From Nemertoderma westbladi (lineage: Eukaryota > Animalia > Xenacoelomorpha): a stretch of DNA of 64,000 nucleotides. The notes under the pieces were generated by a model that saw nothing but the letters and a program-made list of their open reading frames with translations, was not told the origin of the DNA and made no database searches. The stretch lies in the NCBI GenBank assembly GCA_032718475.1, contig JAUCBJ010007359.1, forward strand, positions 1 to 64,000, in the 5' to 3' direction. Numbering within the stretch: the stretch's first letter is position 1; the number at the start of each line of letters is the position of its first letter. Below are positions 12,829 to 26,421 of the stretch, piece after piece. A program made the position numbers and the translations under genes.

Positions 12829-14817
12829 ATAAGGGATTATCATAAAACTAAGATACTATTAATAGTTTTGCGTCAGTTATACATGACACGTGTTTTATGA
12901 ACAGATGTGTGGACCTTAAATAATGCATCTATCACCATCAACAACTGTAGTCAAAAAGAAAACTGACCAATTATTTCAAACAATTACTCCTTCCTGTACG
13001 CAGTAGGAAGTCCAATCTTTCCCATAGGCCGCATTACACAGCTGCTATGGAATATATCTTTACATGGATTGAGTGTTGAAACCCGACTGGAGAAATATCC
13101 TAATATAATAAATAGTAATAATACTAATAATAAATATCCTAATAATACTACCACCTTCCGAAAAAAAAATTAAAGCTATTTATTTTATTTACTTACCATA
13201 AAGAAACATTTTTTATTTTTGTGTATGAAGGATAAAAAGAGTGAAGTTTGTTTTAATAAATTTAAATTACCCTACTTTTTGTTCCTGCCAAGGTATTTAT
13301 TTATTTGTGCTTATTGTCTATCATACCTAAGTATATAGTAGTACTACTATAATCGTCCTGCTGCATTGAAGCTGCACATTGAGAGACTATGCTGAGTTGG
13401 CTTAACAAAAATATTTTTGCCACCTCTATGCAATCAATAATTGGCATGTCCCACTGCAGCGAGCATTAAGAATGCTAATGCTAATGCTAATGCTAATGGT
13501 CCAAAATCGCAAATGTCGAGATTTATTAAATTGGATTTTTGGCGACTGACACTTGATCATACACCATCGTAGAACGGTAGAGGATAAACATAAGTTTGTT
13601 AAATAAGAGCCACCATTACGATCTGCTAAAGTGCACTTGTACAAATAAGTGTGCAAAAGTGCAAATTTTTTAATAAGGTTAAATTATATAGTATTGGGTT
13701 CGTTTCTTTGCAGATACTTTATTTTCATATTAATATGTTGTTTGAACCTTACTGAGCGCATTAGGGGATATGCGTACAAATAACCGGCCCTTATGAGGCT
13801 TCGATTGGGTAAATTAATAAAACATAAGGTTGTAATAATTCTAAAAAACCAGTGTGATATTAAATGCACTTTAAACAATAAATAGAGATCAAATAACAAA
13901 TGGACCACACAATTAAAAATTCGCACAATTTTGTACTTATTATATCGCTTCAAATTAATTCAACAGTGGATATTTGTGGGAAGGGGGAAGTTACAGTGTG
14001 CATTCGGGGGAAGTTTGGTGAACTGCATTTATGCAGTGAATCCAAACTCCCCCCTTTGAGATATCATATACTGTACTTTAAGACATGCTAGGTTGTCAGG
14101 GAAATATTTGTTACTGTCACACTTTGCTTCCATTTATCCTATCCTTTATTATTACCCCAGTCAGAAAAGATATAATAATCAGTAAAAACCAAACTAAACT
14201 GTCTTTCATTCAAACAAATTTCTAACTAAAGACGGGTGAATGACCATGACCATGGAAATAATTTTAAATAAATTGTATATCAACTATTTGGGGAGGCTTC
14301 CAAGTTAAACCCGAAAACAATTATTTCGTTACATATATATAGTAAATAACGTTGTATGTTCTTCTTCCTCTCATAATAAAATATCTCTGAAATATCTCTG
14401 ATCGCTGTGCCCTGTAACATTTCACAACCAAAATGTTTCAGTGTGAAAAGTGTAGGCCTACCACACCCCGCCCAAACAGCCGCAAACGCATAGCCAACAA
14501 ATTTAACAATAGGTTACATACATGTTGGGTTCATGACGAGATGAGGGAAAATTGATCGCATAATATAAACTAAAAATTGAGAGTCGGGCTGGCTCTCCTC
14601 CACTTTCTTACCCAATGGTTGTTGAAATGAATTGTTGTATCATTGTATGAAAAATGAATGAATTGTTGTTGAAATAATCTAATATTGGGGCGGCTTTCTC
14701 TCATTTGTTGCATTTAAGGCATGTTACTAAAAATACACAAGATTGTTACTGTCACATGTCATTTTACATCTAATAGTATACGTTTATTTTTATCCTTAGT
14801 ATTGGAGTGAAATTTCT

Positions 14818-15632
14818 TCATAGGTAGCATTGCCTTACATGGTACACATGTAGGTAGCATTGCCTTACATGGTACACATGTAGGTAGCATTGCCTTACAT
14901 GGTACACATGTAGGTAGCATTGCCTTACATGGTACACATGTAGGTAGCATTGCCTTACATGGTACACATGTAGGTGCATTGCCTTACATGGTACACATGT
15001 AGGTAGCATTGCCTTACATGGTACACATGTAGGTAGCATTGCCTTACATGGTACACATGTAGGTAGCATTGCCTTACATGGTACACATGTAGGTAGCATT
15101 GCCTTACACTGTACACATGTAGGTAGCATTGCCTTACATGGTACACATGTAGGTAGCATTGCCTTACATGGTACACATGTAGGTAGCATTGCCTTACATG
15201 GTACACATGTAGGTAGCATTGCCTTACATGGTACACATGTAGGTAGCATTGCCTTACATGGTACACATGTAGGTAGCATTGCCTTACATGGTACACATGT
15301 AGGTAGCATTGCCTTACATGGTACACATGTAGGTAGCATTGCCTTACATGGTACACATGTAGGTTGCATTGCCTTACATGGTACACGTGTAGGTAGCATT
15401 GCCTTACATGGTACACATGTAGGTTGCATTGCCTTACATGGTACACATGTAGGTAGCATTGCCTTACATGGTACACATGTAGGTAGCATTGCCTTACATG
15501 GTACACATGTAGGTAGCATTGCCTTACATGGTACACATGTAGGTTGCATTGCCTTACATGGTACACATGTAGGTTGCATTGCCTTACATGGTACACATGT
15601 AGGTAGCATTGCCTTACATGGTACACATGTAG
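14818..15632. repeat. 30-bp minisatellite, about 27 near-identical copies
   Basis: Unit TAGGTAGCATTGCCTTACATGGTACACATG with few variants and no spacers. Confidence 0.97.
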
Positions 15633-16062
15633 ATCTCGTGCAGTTTGTTGCTTCCCCTGTTGTGTACTGTTTATTGTTACGATTCTCTTTATATTTTGAA
15701 AGCGCTAATATGATGTGAAAAGTCTTTTCCCGTAGTTGAACTACTCCTATGTTATAATGTTCAGGTTGATTTTTGTCTGTTACTCCTCCGTAAGTATATG
15801 ATCATGTTCCTTTAATATTTTATTATTTTTTAATTGTTTTTTTTTATTGTAGGTGTATGAAACATGATATATATAATATGCTAATATAATCTGGCTTTAT
15901 TTATTGTTTATTGTTTATTGAAATGGTTTTAGGTATTCATTAGAAGTGAAGATCAGCTCTACCACGGAGAACTCGACGAGCGCACCAAATAAAATATACA
16001 ATACAATAAAATACATATTATACTTAAAAAATGTTAATTTGATTGATTGTAATTCTGTTTAA

Positions 16063-17614
16063 CCCTATTAAACCCGGGGGGGGGTCAATATGACCCCTCC
16101 CGTGGTTTTTTTATTATAATTCTGAAACAAACGCAGTTGGAAATCTGAAATTTTATGACTTTTCCTAAAAATCTATTGTCTTCCTAGTAGTGAAAACCGT
16201 TTTCAAAAATATTGGGTACTTTTCGAGTTATAGCACCATTTTTTAACCCTACTTTTGGCACTTTTTTTGAGACGTTTTTTGAAAATTACATTTCATTAAA
16301 TATGAATTGTAACATCTCTAATTTTGATTTACACCGGTTTTTTGGTGTTAGAAATTTGATGGAATTCATATCAATTGATTTAGAAATTTCAAACTTGTAT
16401 TTTTCGGCGGGTACCAAATTTTGGTGCCAGCACCAAATTTTGAAATAAGTCAATTTTGTAAATTGAACGTTTGAAACTTGTTTTTTACGCAATTGGGGTT
16501 TTTTGGGTTTCTGGATTCGATGAAATATATACGAGTTGCACCAAGCGTAGCAAACTTGCATTTTTCGGTACTGTGTGCAAATTTTGGTGCTAGCACGAAA
16601 TTTTGAAAATCCATTCAATAGATAAAAATGCTTGTGACAATTTATTTCTTGCGTTTTAGAGGTTTATGGCTGTTCTGAATTCAATGGAAAATATAATTAT
16701 CGAACTAGACATCTCAAACTTGTATTTTTCGGATGTGGGTGCAAAATGTGGTGCTAGCACCAAATTTTGAAAACCATCAAATATATCAATTGATTGTGTC
16801 ACCTTGTTTCTTGCGTTATACGGGTTTGTGATGGTTCTGAATTCAATGGAATCAGTAAAAATTTCATAAGAGTTCTCAAACTTGTATTTTTCGCCGGTGG
16901 GTGAAAATTGTTGTGCCAGCACCAAATTTTGGAAAATATGCAAATTGATAAGTAGATAGTATCACCTTGTTTCTTGCGTTATACGGGTTTATGAGGGTCC
17001 TGAATCCGAAGGAATCAATAAAAACAGCACTGGACATCGCAAACTTGTACTTTTTGGTGATGGGTACGAAATTTGGTGCTAGCACCAAAATTTGCCAAAT
17101 TACGCCGAAAAATACAAGTAGCAATGATCTGGCATATTAGAAATGTATTCCATTAGAATCAGCGCCCTCGAAAACCTGAAAATGTGAATTTATAGCATCG
17201 TATAAGTGAATTAAAAATTTTGTGTTCTAACTGAAAAGTGCTGGTTACTTGTTTTTTTCATTTTTTTCCTACGCAGAGAGGACCCTACAGCCATTTATAG
17301 TAATCATATCATTTTTTAATATTTTCCAATGTATTTTGCACCCCAGAAAACCTGTATTGAAAAATAATTAGCCGAAAATGTAACTTTCAAATTTGGTGAA
17401 AATTGTGCACTACTTGTAATTTTGGTGCTGCAATATAGCCACCCCAGTACATTTTTTCGAAAATTTTTTTTTTCGGTCGGATCCAGACAAGTGATACCTA
17501 CGTACAAACAAAAAATCAGACGTTTTCGTAAATATTTGTAGATTTTAGAGGGTGGGGTCAATATGACCCCCTCCCGGTATTTGTACAACATTTTATAGCC
17601 CGGTACTAATAGGG
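16063..17614 (-). mobile_element. piggyBac-type MITE, copy 2 (inverted relative to copy 1)
   Basis: TTAA at 16059-16062 and 17615-17618. Near-identical reverse complement of 5892-7470. Confidence 0.9.
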
Positions 17615-17659
17615 TTAAAGAGAAATATCGGATAAAAAACAAGGTTGATTGAAATTGTT

Positions 17660-20400
17660 TTAATTACAATTCAATCTTAAAAGTGAGTTCGACTGGACGC
17701 TCCTGCAGGCTGTGTAACCCCGGCAGCCCGGTTGGTCTGGAATGTCGCTCAGATATGTATCTAATTTTAGTTTAAATATTTCCAGACTGCAGCCAGTCAG
17801 GTCTCGTATTTCCTTTGGCAAGGAGTTAAATAGTTGCGGTCCAGTCACCACCAAGCTATTCTCGTGCAGATTGTGGACGTTTGATCTGCAATTTCGTAGT
17901 AAGGTTGGAATCTGGCAATTTCTACCCCGCCGCAAACTAGATTTCAGGGTGATTGGTTTGTTTGATAAATTGGGAACGAGGTTTTCCAATATCTTCCATA
18001 TGTAAATGACGATGTAGCGTTCCCTGCGCCGTTCCAGCGAGTTTAACTTTAATTGCTTAAGGCGTTCCCAGTAGTTAAGCTCGTTCATTCCTTGGATTCT
18101 CCTCGTGAACGATCGTTGTACTTCTTCTATTCTTTGAGTCTCATGTATGTTATTGTTCGGATGCCACAGCTGACAACAGTACTCGAGTTTAGATCGTACT
18201 AAAGATGTGAACAGTGTTTTCATTGTTAACGGGTCGCGTATTGTGAAAACACGTAGAATCCAGCCACATAGTTGCTTAGCATCTCGACATGTGCTTTCAA
18301 TGTGGATCTTGAAATTGCCAGTATGGCTCATGTTGATTCCAAGGTCCTTTACATCTTCCTTGACTATTATACTTTCATTACCCCCAGTGTCTCTGTTTAT
18401 AAACGTATAGTTTCCACCCCGGTCCAGGCTGGGGTTCTGTGTTGGTGTATAGCACAGGCACTCGAATTTATCACCATGCAGTTCCATGCCATTGTTATCG
18501 GCCAAGTCGTATATCGTGGCAAGGTCTTCTTGGATTTTATTATCCGTGGTTGATGATGTAACTGGACCCGACACCCTGGTATCATCAGCAAAGGAAGTTA
18601 TTTTATTTGTTGTATTATGGTCGATGTCATTCATCAGAATGATAAAAAGGAGAGGTCCTAGCACCGAACCTTGAATAACTCCACTTATAATGTCTTTCCA
18701 GGTTGAGCTCGCTCCGTTCAGAACTACTCGTTGCTTCCTGTTTGAGAGAAAGTTCCACAACCAGCACCCGAGCTGCCCACCAATTCCGATGGCCCGGATC
18801 TTTCGCATAAGTGAACCATGGTCCACTTTGTCAAATGCTTTGGAGAAATCCAAATAGACTACATCAATACCATCTCCTTTTGATAAGTGATCGATGATAT
18901 TCGCGTAATGGTCAATGAGCTCAGAGAGGCATGAGCGACCTCTCCGGAAGCCATGCTGTCCTTTGTTTAATAGGTTGTTGGATTCTAGGTAGTCTACAAG
19001 TGAATCTCGGACAATTCTTTCTAATATTTTGGATATGTGGGAAGTCAAAGATACCGGCCGGTAGTTGCGCGCATCTGATCGAAGGCCCTTCTTGAATATC
19101 GGCGTTATTTCGCACAATTTCAAAGATGTTGGTAGGGCCCCGGATGACAAGGATTTATCAAAGATGACGAAGAGTGGTTTGAGAAGTTCTTCTTTGCATT
19201 TCTTTAATAAAAGTGATGGGACTCCATCAGGGCCAGCAGCGGAGTTTGATCGTAGTTCATCAATCGCTTTCCCGATGAGATTCGTTGTCAGTTTGATTTG
19301 ACCGAGACGCACATCACCATCTGTTGTGAGTATCGGGTCTGGAACAACTGGATCCGCCACTGGAGTCGAAAACATAGAGACATATTGATTCTGTAGTGCC
19401 TCACACATTCCTTTATTGTCAGAGACTAATTCGCCATTCACAATTAGTGGTCCAACACCAACTCTGTCTTTGCGCTTTCGGTTGGCATATGAGAAGAAGT
19501 ATTTGGGGTTCGACTTAATTTTAGATACGGCATCTTTTTCCTCCAACCTCCTTTCATCATCGCGCGTTTGATAGAGGTCTATTTCGATTTGCTTGATTTC
19601 TGCCTCCAACTTATTAAGATTGGTTCGAGAGGTTGTGTTTGATATTCGTTTGGTGAGGATTTTCCTTTTCTTATACAGGATACGTCGTATACGTGGGATA
19701 AATACTTTTGGCCGTTTACGAGCCGGAACGTTACCGTTGCATGCAAGTTCTAAATGAGAGTACAGAGTGTCTAGACAACTGTCGGCTGTCATGTTCTCTA
19801 GATTGGTATCCCAACTGACCACGCTTAATGAACTGCGGATATTTTCCCAATTCACGCTATTGGCATTGAAGTTGAGTTTTTTGAAGAAATTCTCCTTGTG
19901 GTCTTGATCTGGCGTAGCGTGGTGGTGGGGATCTGGACGTGTAGTGACTTTAGGTTCAGTTGTACTTATGTTAATTACATTATGGTCTGAAAAAACACAT
20001 GGGTACACATCTATACTCTCCATAAAATCGGCGTCATTCGTTAGACATAGGTCAATAATGTTTTCTTCGCGTGTTGGTTTATCGACTATTTGTGATAAAA
20101 ACCACTTGTTGGTAAAGTATAAAAATAATTTTGCCTGGATTTTTGCGGCAGCCAAGGTACTGCTGGTACTAGTAATTAATGATAATAGTTTCCAGTCAAT
20201 AATTGAAAAGTTCAGATCTCCCATGATAATTGTCCTACTCGATTTGTACTTTTCAGTACCTAAAATTTGGTCTATTACCTTTAAGATACCTTTGAGTTCA
20301 GTTGTAGGGCAGCCTGGTGGCCGGTACAATACTATTACAACGGTGTCTAAGTCATGTAGAAATATACTTAATAATTCGCAATATCCATTAGAAAATTGAA
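17660..20400 (-). mobile_element. CR1-group LINE ORF2 (APE endonuclease plus RT), 5'-truncated
   Basis: 889-aa ORF with YRPP, GDLNF, PTREENIIDL and SDH (APE); NYRPVSLTS, YLDFSKAFDKV, QGSVLGPLLF and FADDT (RT); C-terminal PDQP. The frame extends upstream as FSNGYCELL to ~20400, but the first APE motifs are absent. Confidence 0.92.
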
Positions 20401-20407
20401 TAGTATA

Positions 20408-21385
20408 GGTGGGGCAGGGTTGTTGGAATTTAAAGGAGTGGGTGGGGCAGGGTCGTTGGAGTTTAAAGGAGTGGGTGGGGCAGGGTTGTCGGAGTTTAAA
20501 GGAGTGGGTGGGGCAGGGTCGTTGGAATTTAAAGGAGTGGGTGGGGCAGGGTCGTTGGAATTTAAAGGAGTGGGTGGGGCAGGGTTGTTGGAATTTAAAG
20601 GAGTGGGTGGGGCTGGGTCGTTGGAATTTAAAGGAGTGAGTGGGGCAGGGTTGTCGGATGTTGAAGGAGTGGATGGGGCAGAGTCATAGGAGTTTAAAGG
20701 AGTGAGTGGGGCAGGGTCGTCTGAGTTTAAAGGAGTGGGTGGGGCAGGGTTGTCGGATGTCGAAGGAGTGGGTGGGGCAGGGTCATTTGAGTTTAAAGGA
20801 GTGGCTGGGGCAGGGTTGTCGGAGTTTAAAGGAGTGAGTGGGGCAGGGTTGTCGGAGTTTTAAGAAGTGATTGGGGCAGGGTTGTCGGATGTCGAAGGAG
20901 TGGATGGGGCAGGGTCATTGGAGTTTAAAGGAGTGAGTGGGGCAGGGTTGTCGGAGGTCAAAGGAGTGGGTGGGACAGGGTTGTCGGATGTCGAAGGAGT
21001 GGGTGGGGCAGGGTCATTGGAGTTTAAAGGAGTGAGTGGGGCAGGGTTGTCGGATGTTGAAGGAGTGGGTGGGGCAGAGTCATAGGAGTTTAAAGGAGTG
21101 AGTGGGGCAGGGTCGTCTGAGTTTAAAGAAGTGAGTGAGGCAGGGTTGTCGGAGTTTAAAGGAGTGGGTGGGGCAGGGTTGTCGGAGTTTTAAGAAGTGA
21201 TTGGGGCAGGGTTGTCGGATGTCGAAGGAGTGGGTGGGGCAGGGTCATTGGAGTTTAAAGGAGTGAGTGGGGCAGGGTTGTCGGATGTTGAAGGAGTGGG
21301 TGGGGCAGGGTTGTCGGATGTTGAAGGAGTGGGTGGGGCAGGGTCGTTGGGGGTTGAAGGAGTGGATGGGGCAGGGTCGTTTGAG
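20408..21385. repeat. 33-bp G-rich minisatellite, about 29 copies
   Basis: Unit GGTGGGGCAGGGTCGTTGGAGTTTAAAGGAGTG with variants. The minus strand reads as 11-aa TPLNSNDPAPP / TPSTSDNPAPP. Confidence 0.92.
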
Positions 21386-23369
21386 GAGGATAGGGTTTGG
21401 GGGCAAGGTTTAAACTGCGTCTGTTGTTGTTATGCAAACCATGCGTTCATGGCATGACTTATTTGATACATCAGATTTAACTACCACCAATGTTCTTGAT
21501 ATTGTTAAGGAGTTTACATGGTGCAGCAACTCTTCTGAACTTGCAGATTGCATCAGTGAGCAGCATTTCAGCAATCCGGCATTGAGTAACTGTGACATGG
21601 TCTGTGGTTATTCTCAAGAAGATAAAAACAATCTATGCAATTCTGATACTGATTCGGGAAATGTTTCTGGTAAAGATGATATGGATGTATTTTCAAGTAA
21701 CTGAATTTGAATTTGAGTCAGAATCAGCTTATACAAATTATAGCAAGAAAACGAAACGTAACGTTCTTAATGAATGTCCTTCATGAACCACTTTCAATTC
21801 TATATTGCAAATGTATATCAAGTTGTTTATCAGGAAAATTTGTCATAAAATTATATATTCGAATTGATTTCTTATTGTTTGTTGAAATAATAAATAGGGC
21901 AGTGAGGGGCGCCATTCTGCTTTAAAAGACGATTACTAAAGTATTTGATTCCCAAATTGGCACATTCGATATATATTCTACTTACTTAAAATTAATCTCT
22001 ACTTTTTAGGTGACAATGAATTCCTAGTCCCCATTTTGAACCATGCCACACATACTGCTGCGTTTGGTCAAAATGTTAAATTAGATCACAACATATTAAT
22101 TACATTGTAGATTCCAGTCCCCACATTGAACAACAGCACCCATACTACAACGTGTGTTTGGAATGTTATATTAACTGTATGGAAAAGGGGACACTTGAAA
22201 CTATCGCATTATACTGGGGTCAGTGAAATTTTCAAAACTCAAACACAAATTTACACACGTATTTGACAGGTTTGGGTGGAACAGGGGACATCGCCAAAAT
22301 GATCTGAAATTTTCAGAATCCATTAATTTTAGTACGTAGATTCCATTTTTGATATCTTTTCATTCCGGGGACGTCCCCGGATTGTAGATCGTCCCCGGTT
22401 TGTCGCTGTGTATTCATGCAATTGTCCCCTGTTTGAACCAGTTCACCTACACACCCCCACACACACACAGACTTTTGAAAAACGGCCACCTATACGGGTT
22501 AACTATGGATTCTGTGGACAAGCTCACAACCAAGGGATCTGTGGACGTACTTATTTATTAAATATCTAGAGAACTATCCAATGAAAATCCTTCAAATTTT
22601 CAAATTAGCTTCCTAATAAGTAATGGGAAATGTTTGCTTTTTAAAATTTAAAATTTTTCCAATATTTCAAAAATCATTTTTTTACATTCACTGTGCGGAC
22701 ATTGCTTTTGGTGACGTCATAGTTATGTGTGTTGTGCCTGAGTGTGTTTAGTGATGTCCACAAACCCCAACTGGGGTCAAGACACATACGGAAATTAATG
22801 TCCACATTCCACAACTGGTGTAACACATACAGTATATGGGAAAGGAAACTGAAATGCTTTGTTTTTATGCAACTTCGTGGATATGATTATAGTAATTGGA
22901 TTACTTGGCCAGGTCAGTCCATAGAGATAATGTTCTTTTATTGTTTTTATACACTCGTGAATAATTATTGTAAAAGTTAATATTTCCCTATTAGTTACCT
23001 AAGGACTATTTGTGGTACAAGTTTCCTTAGTTTACTCAGTTACTATAACAATGGGTTTTCACTTAGTCTATAACGATAGCGCTGAAGAATCCCGCCTGTA
23101 AAGCAATGCATACAAGTTAGCATGTATCAATTTGTTTTGAAAATACTTGCAGTCTCAATAAATAAACCGTAATACTACCATCACTGCTCAAAATATTATT
23201 TTTTTCTGCGGTAAGACTAATTATTTTTAGGTTGTATATAAATACAAATAGAGTGGCGCACAGCAATTAATGATATAACTCTTATCATTCAATTATACTG
23301 TATTAATTATGAATTTTATGTTTTAAAATTATTTGGACCCTTCTACAGTACGTATTGTAAGAGCAATAG

Positions 23370-23705
23370 GCGCTAAGAATATATAATAAATTAACGAGAA
23401 CACACCGTTCTAAATACTGTCCCTTGCGCACATCTGGGGACATTAGTTTTTGTATTGTTTTTCTGCAGACCATACGGTATGTAGTTGCAATGGACATTAA
23501 GAAATATTTTTATATATTGACGAAAACACACCGTTCTAAATACTGTCCCTTGCGCATATCTGGGGACATTAGTTTTATTAGTGCTGGGAGTATTATATTA
23601 GGTACTACGTTTAGTTGCAATGAATGTTAAGAATATTGAATATATTATCAAAAACATACCATTGAAAATACTGTCCTTTACGCACATCTGGGGACATTGG
23701 TTTTT
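23370..23705 (-). repeat. ~125-bp tandem repeat, left arm (inverted relative to 27510-33520)
   Basis: Reverse complement of the AATGTCCCCAGATGTGCGCAAGGGACAGTATTTAGAA units. Confidence 0.85.
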
Positions 23706-24073
23706 GTATAGGTGAGATAGGCTCTACGTGAACCATGTTCTGGAATATAGTGTCGTCATTCAGGTCCCTGCCCCCCCCCCCCCCCCCCAGGGTTTAGGGT
23801 TTTTTCTAAATATGTTAGGGAAATTTATAAATGAAAATAGCGATTTCTAAATTTTTATACTTGTTTAGAAATTGGTCACATAGAGACTAACCAATTCGCG
23901 CGGGAAGGTTTTAAACTTTACATGCATTTAACTCAGAATATTATTTCTCATTTTTTCCTTCACTCAAAATCTATCTACACCGTCATTTTTTAATGAATTC
24001 GTTTGAAATTTTCAGTGAATGGTCTTGACATATTCACTCACATATTGGCTGTTAATCAGAAGACTAATGTTAA

Positions 24074-25449
24074 GGGCACGTGTTTGTCCATACGACTATT
24101 AAGCTTATGTACCTCTTCTGAGGAATTGATTCAACAGAATGACTTGAAATTTGGAGGGGAATTAATTTTGCATGTGACTCAGACGTGGTAGCAGAATAAA
24201 TAAAAAAAATTATTGTGATCACCAGAAATTTTCAAAGTGAAAAATTTTATTTGCAAAAAGTGAAAAAAAACACGTATTTTGGCCGTTTTTTGTTATGTGT
24301 GTTTTTAAATTTCCAGCCCATATGTCTAAATGTGCTATCACCTATAAAGGATTAGTAAGATTAAGAACATATACTAAAAATGTCATGCAATTTGGTCCAG
24401 TAGTTCCAGAGAAACAGGTACATGAGTGAAAAATGAAATCGAAAAATAAAATTCTGAGATAAAGCCATTTAAAGTTTTCAAACCTTACCGCCATTTTATG
24501 TTAAATGGAGGGATAATTCAAATTGTATTGAAAAAATAAGGAAGAATCCCTCCAAACTAAAATTTTCGATATGGGGGTTTTCTGGGGTGGTGATTGCATT
24601 TCCGATGTCAGCTTTGACGTTTGATGAATTCCAGTCTGTCTGTTTGTCGGACAATCTGTCTGTCTGTCAGTCAATAATTAAGGAAACACACTACCGAAAT
24701 GAAATTTAGGTTATGGGGGTTTTCCAGGTCGGTGATTTCAGCACCGAAGTTAGTTTGGACGTTTGAAGAATCCCAGACTGTCTAACTGTCAGTCTGTCTG
24801 TTTATCAGACAATCTGTCCGTCTGTCAGTCGAAATTTAGGAAAGGACACGACATTGCTAAAAATTGATTTAAAGGGGTTTTCCTGGTCGGTGATTCCATT
24901 TCTGATGTCAATATTTAAATATAATGGCTTTGTGTTGGGTCTGTATTCATGTCGGTCTGTCCGTCAAAATATAATAGACAGACAGACAACCTAATAGACC
25001 ATCTAGAATCCTTTAACCGTTAAAACGGACATAAGAAATGGAATCATAGACCGGGAAAACCTCTACAACAATATTTTCAGTTGTGTATTTCATTCATTAC
25101 TTTTTGACTGACAGACAGGCCAACAAACAGAAAGACAGACAGGCAGACAGATAGACAGACAAGCAGGCAGGCAGAATGACAGACAATCTAGAATACATAA
25201 ACGTTGAGACTGACATTATAAATGTGAAACTAAACAGGAAAATTCCTACAGTATGGCAAAATTGTACATTGCACGTGTTTCTTAAATTTTGTCAGACTGA
25301 CCGACTGACAGACAAACAGACAGCTATAACTCGAGAACTAAAATAGATCTCGCTATGTCGTTCAGTTTTGAAATAGCCATTAAATTTTGATACAGAATCC
25401 TTAAAAAAAATTTTTGATTTTTTTAAATTTTGACCACAAACACGTGCCC
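24074..25449. mobile_element. Kolobok-like MITE
   Basis: TTAA at 24070-24073 and 25450-25453. TIR GGGCACGTGTTTGT. Internal inverted arrays of the ~146-bp unit. Sits inside another inverted-repeat element (23937-24070 / 25454-25670). Confidence 0.8.
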
Positions 25450-25670
25450 TTAACTAAAAAAATGAAAAAATGTTAACTAAATGTGTTTTATTTTTGGCCG
25501 ATATTTTCAGATTATCGGCTAAAAACATAACTTACGCTCGAAATTTCAAAATTCTGCCTACAAGTTTTATTGGTTAATGTCAAGACCATTCACTGAAAAT
25601 TTCAAACGAATTGATTAATAAATGACGGAGTAGATCGATTTTGAATGAAGGAAAAAATTAGAAATAATAT

Positions 25671-26421
25671 CATCGCCCTGCTCTCTAATACGCTAGCAGA
25701 TGCACAGCTTCTACTAAATAAAGTGGAGAGGGCTGCTAAGGAGGTTGGATTGCATATAAATGCTAGCAAGACTGAATTCATGACCTTTAATGTTGATGGA
25801 AACTTGACAACCATTGACAATAATGAACTAAGGAAGGTCGACGACTTCCAGTACCTTGGATCATGGATAGAGAGTAGCAAAAAGGACATAGAAGTTAGGA
25901 AAGCAAAGGCTTGGGTAGCTCTATCAAAAATGGATACCATCTGGAAATCAGATCTCTCCAGGCACCTGAAGACTAAGTTCTTTCGAGCCACAGTGGAAAG
26001 TGTATTTATTTTTACACGGGGGTAAGACCTGGACACTGACGAAATCACTTGAATAACGAATTGATGGTTGCTACACAAGACTACTAAGGGCAGCCCTAAA
26101 CATCAGCTGGAGACAACACATGACAAACGCCGAGCTTTATGGTACAATACCACCTGTATCAACCACCCTCCGTGAATGCAGATTAAGATTCAGTGGGCAC
26201 TGCTGGCGAAGTAAAGACGAGGTCATACCAGATCTACTTTTCTGGCAACCAACTCATGGAAAGCGTAGTCGTGGACGACCGGCCTTAACATATATAGATC
26301 AACTTAAAAGGGATACTGAACTTGGGAGAAACGAAATTGCGACAACTATGGAGAATCGGGAATCCTGGAAGGATCTCATTTCCACTATCCGAGTTCGCTC
26401 GACTTAGTAGTAGTAGTAGTA
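25671..26421 (+). mobile_element. RTE-clade LINE 3' fragment
   Basis: IALLSNTLADAQLLL...GLHINASKTEFM, DFQYLGSWI and RFSGHCWRS with frameshifts and stops; (TAG)n tail. Confidence 0.88.

Noticed and set aside
14818-15632. CRISPR array or metallothionein-like (MLPTCVPCKA)n protein
   Set aside because: There are no unique spacers. The open frames are a by-product of a stop-free 30-bp unit, and a 1-bp deletion breaks them.
17660-17672. CR1 and CRE ORFs both ending in ...CN* at TTAATTACAA (also 47640)
   Set aside because: A short AT-rich match between unrelated elements; there is not enough evidence for a shared target site.
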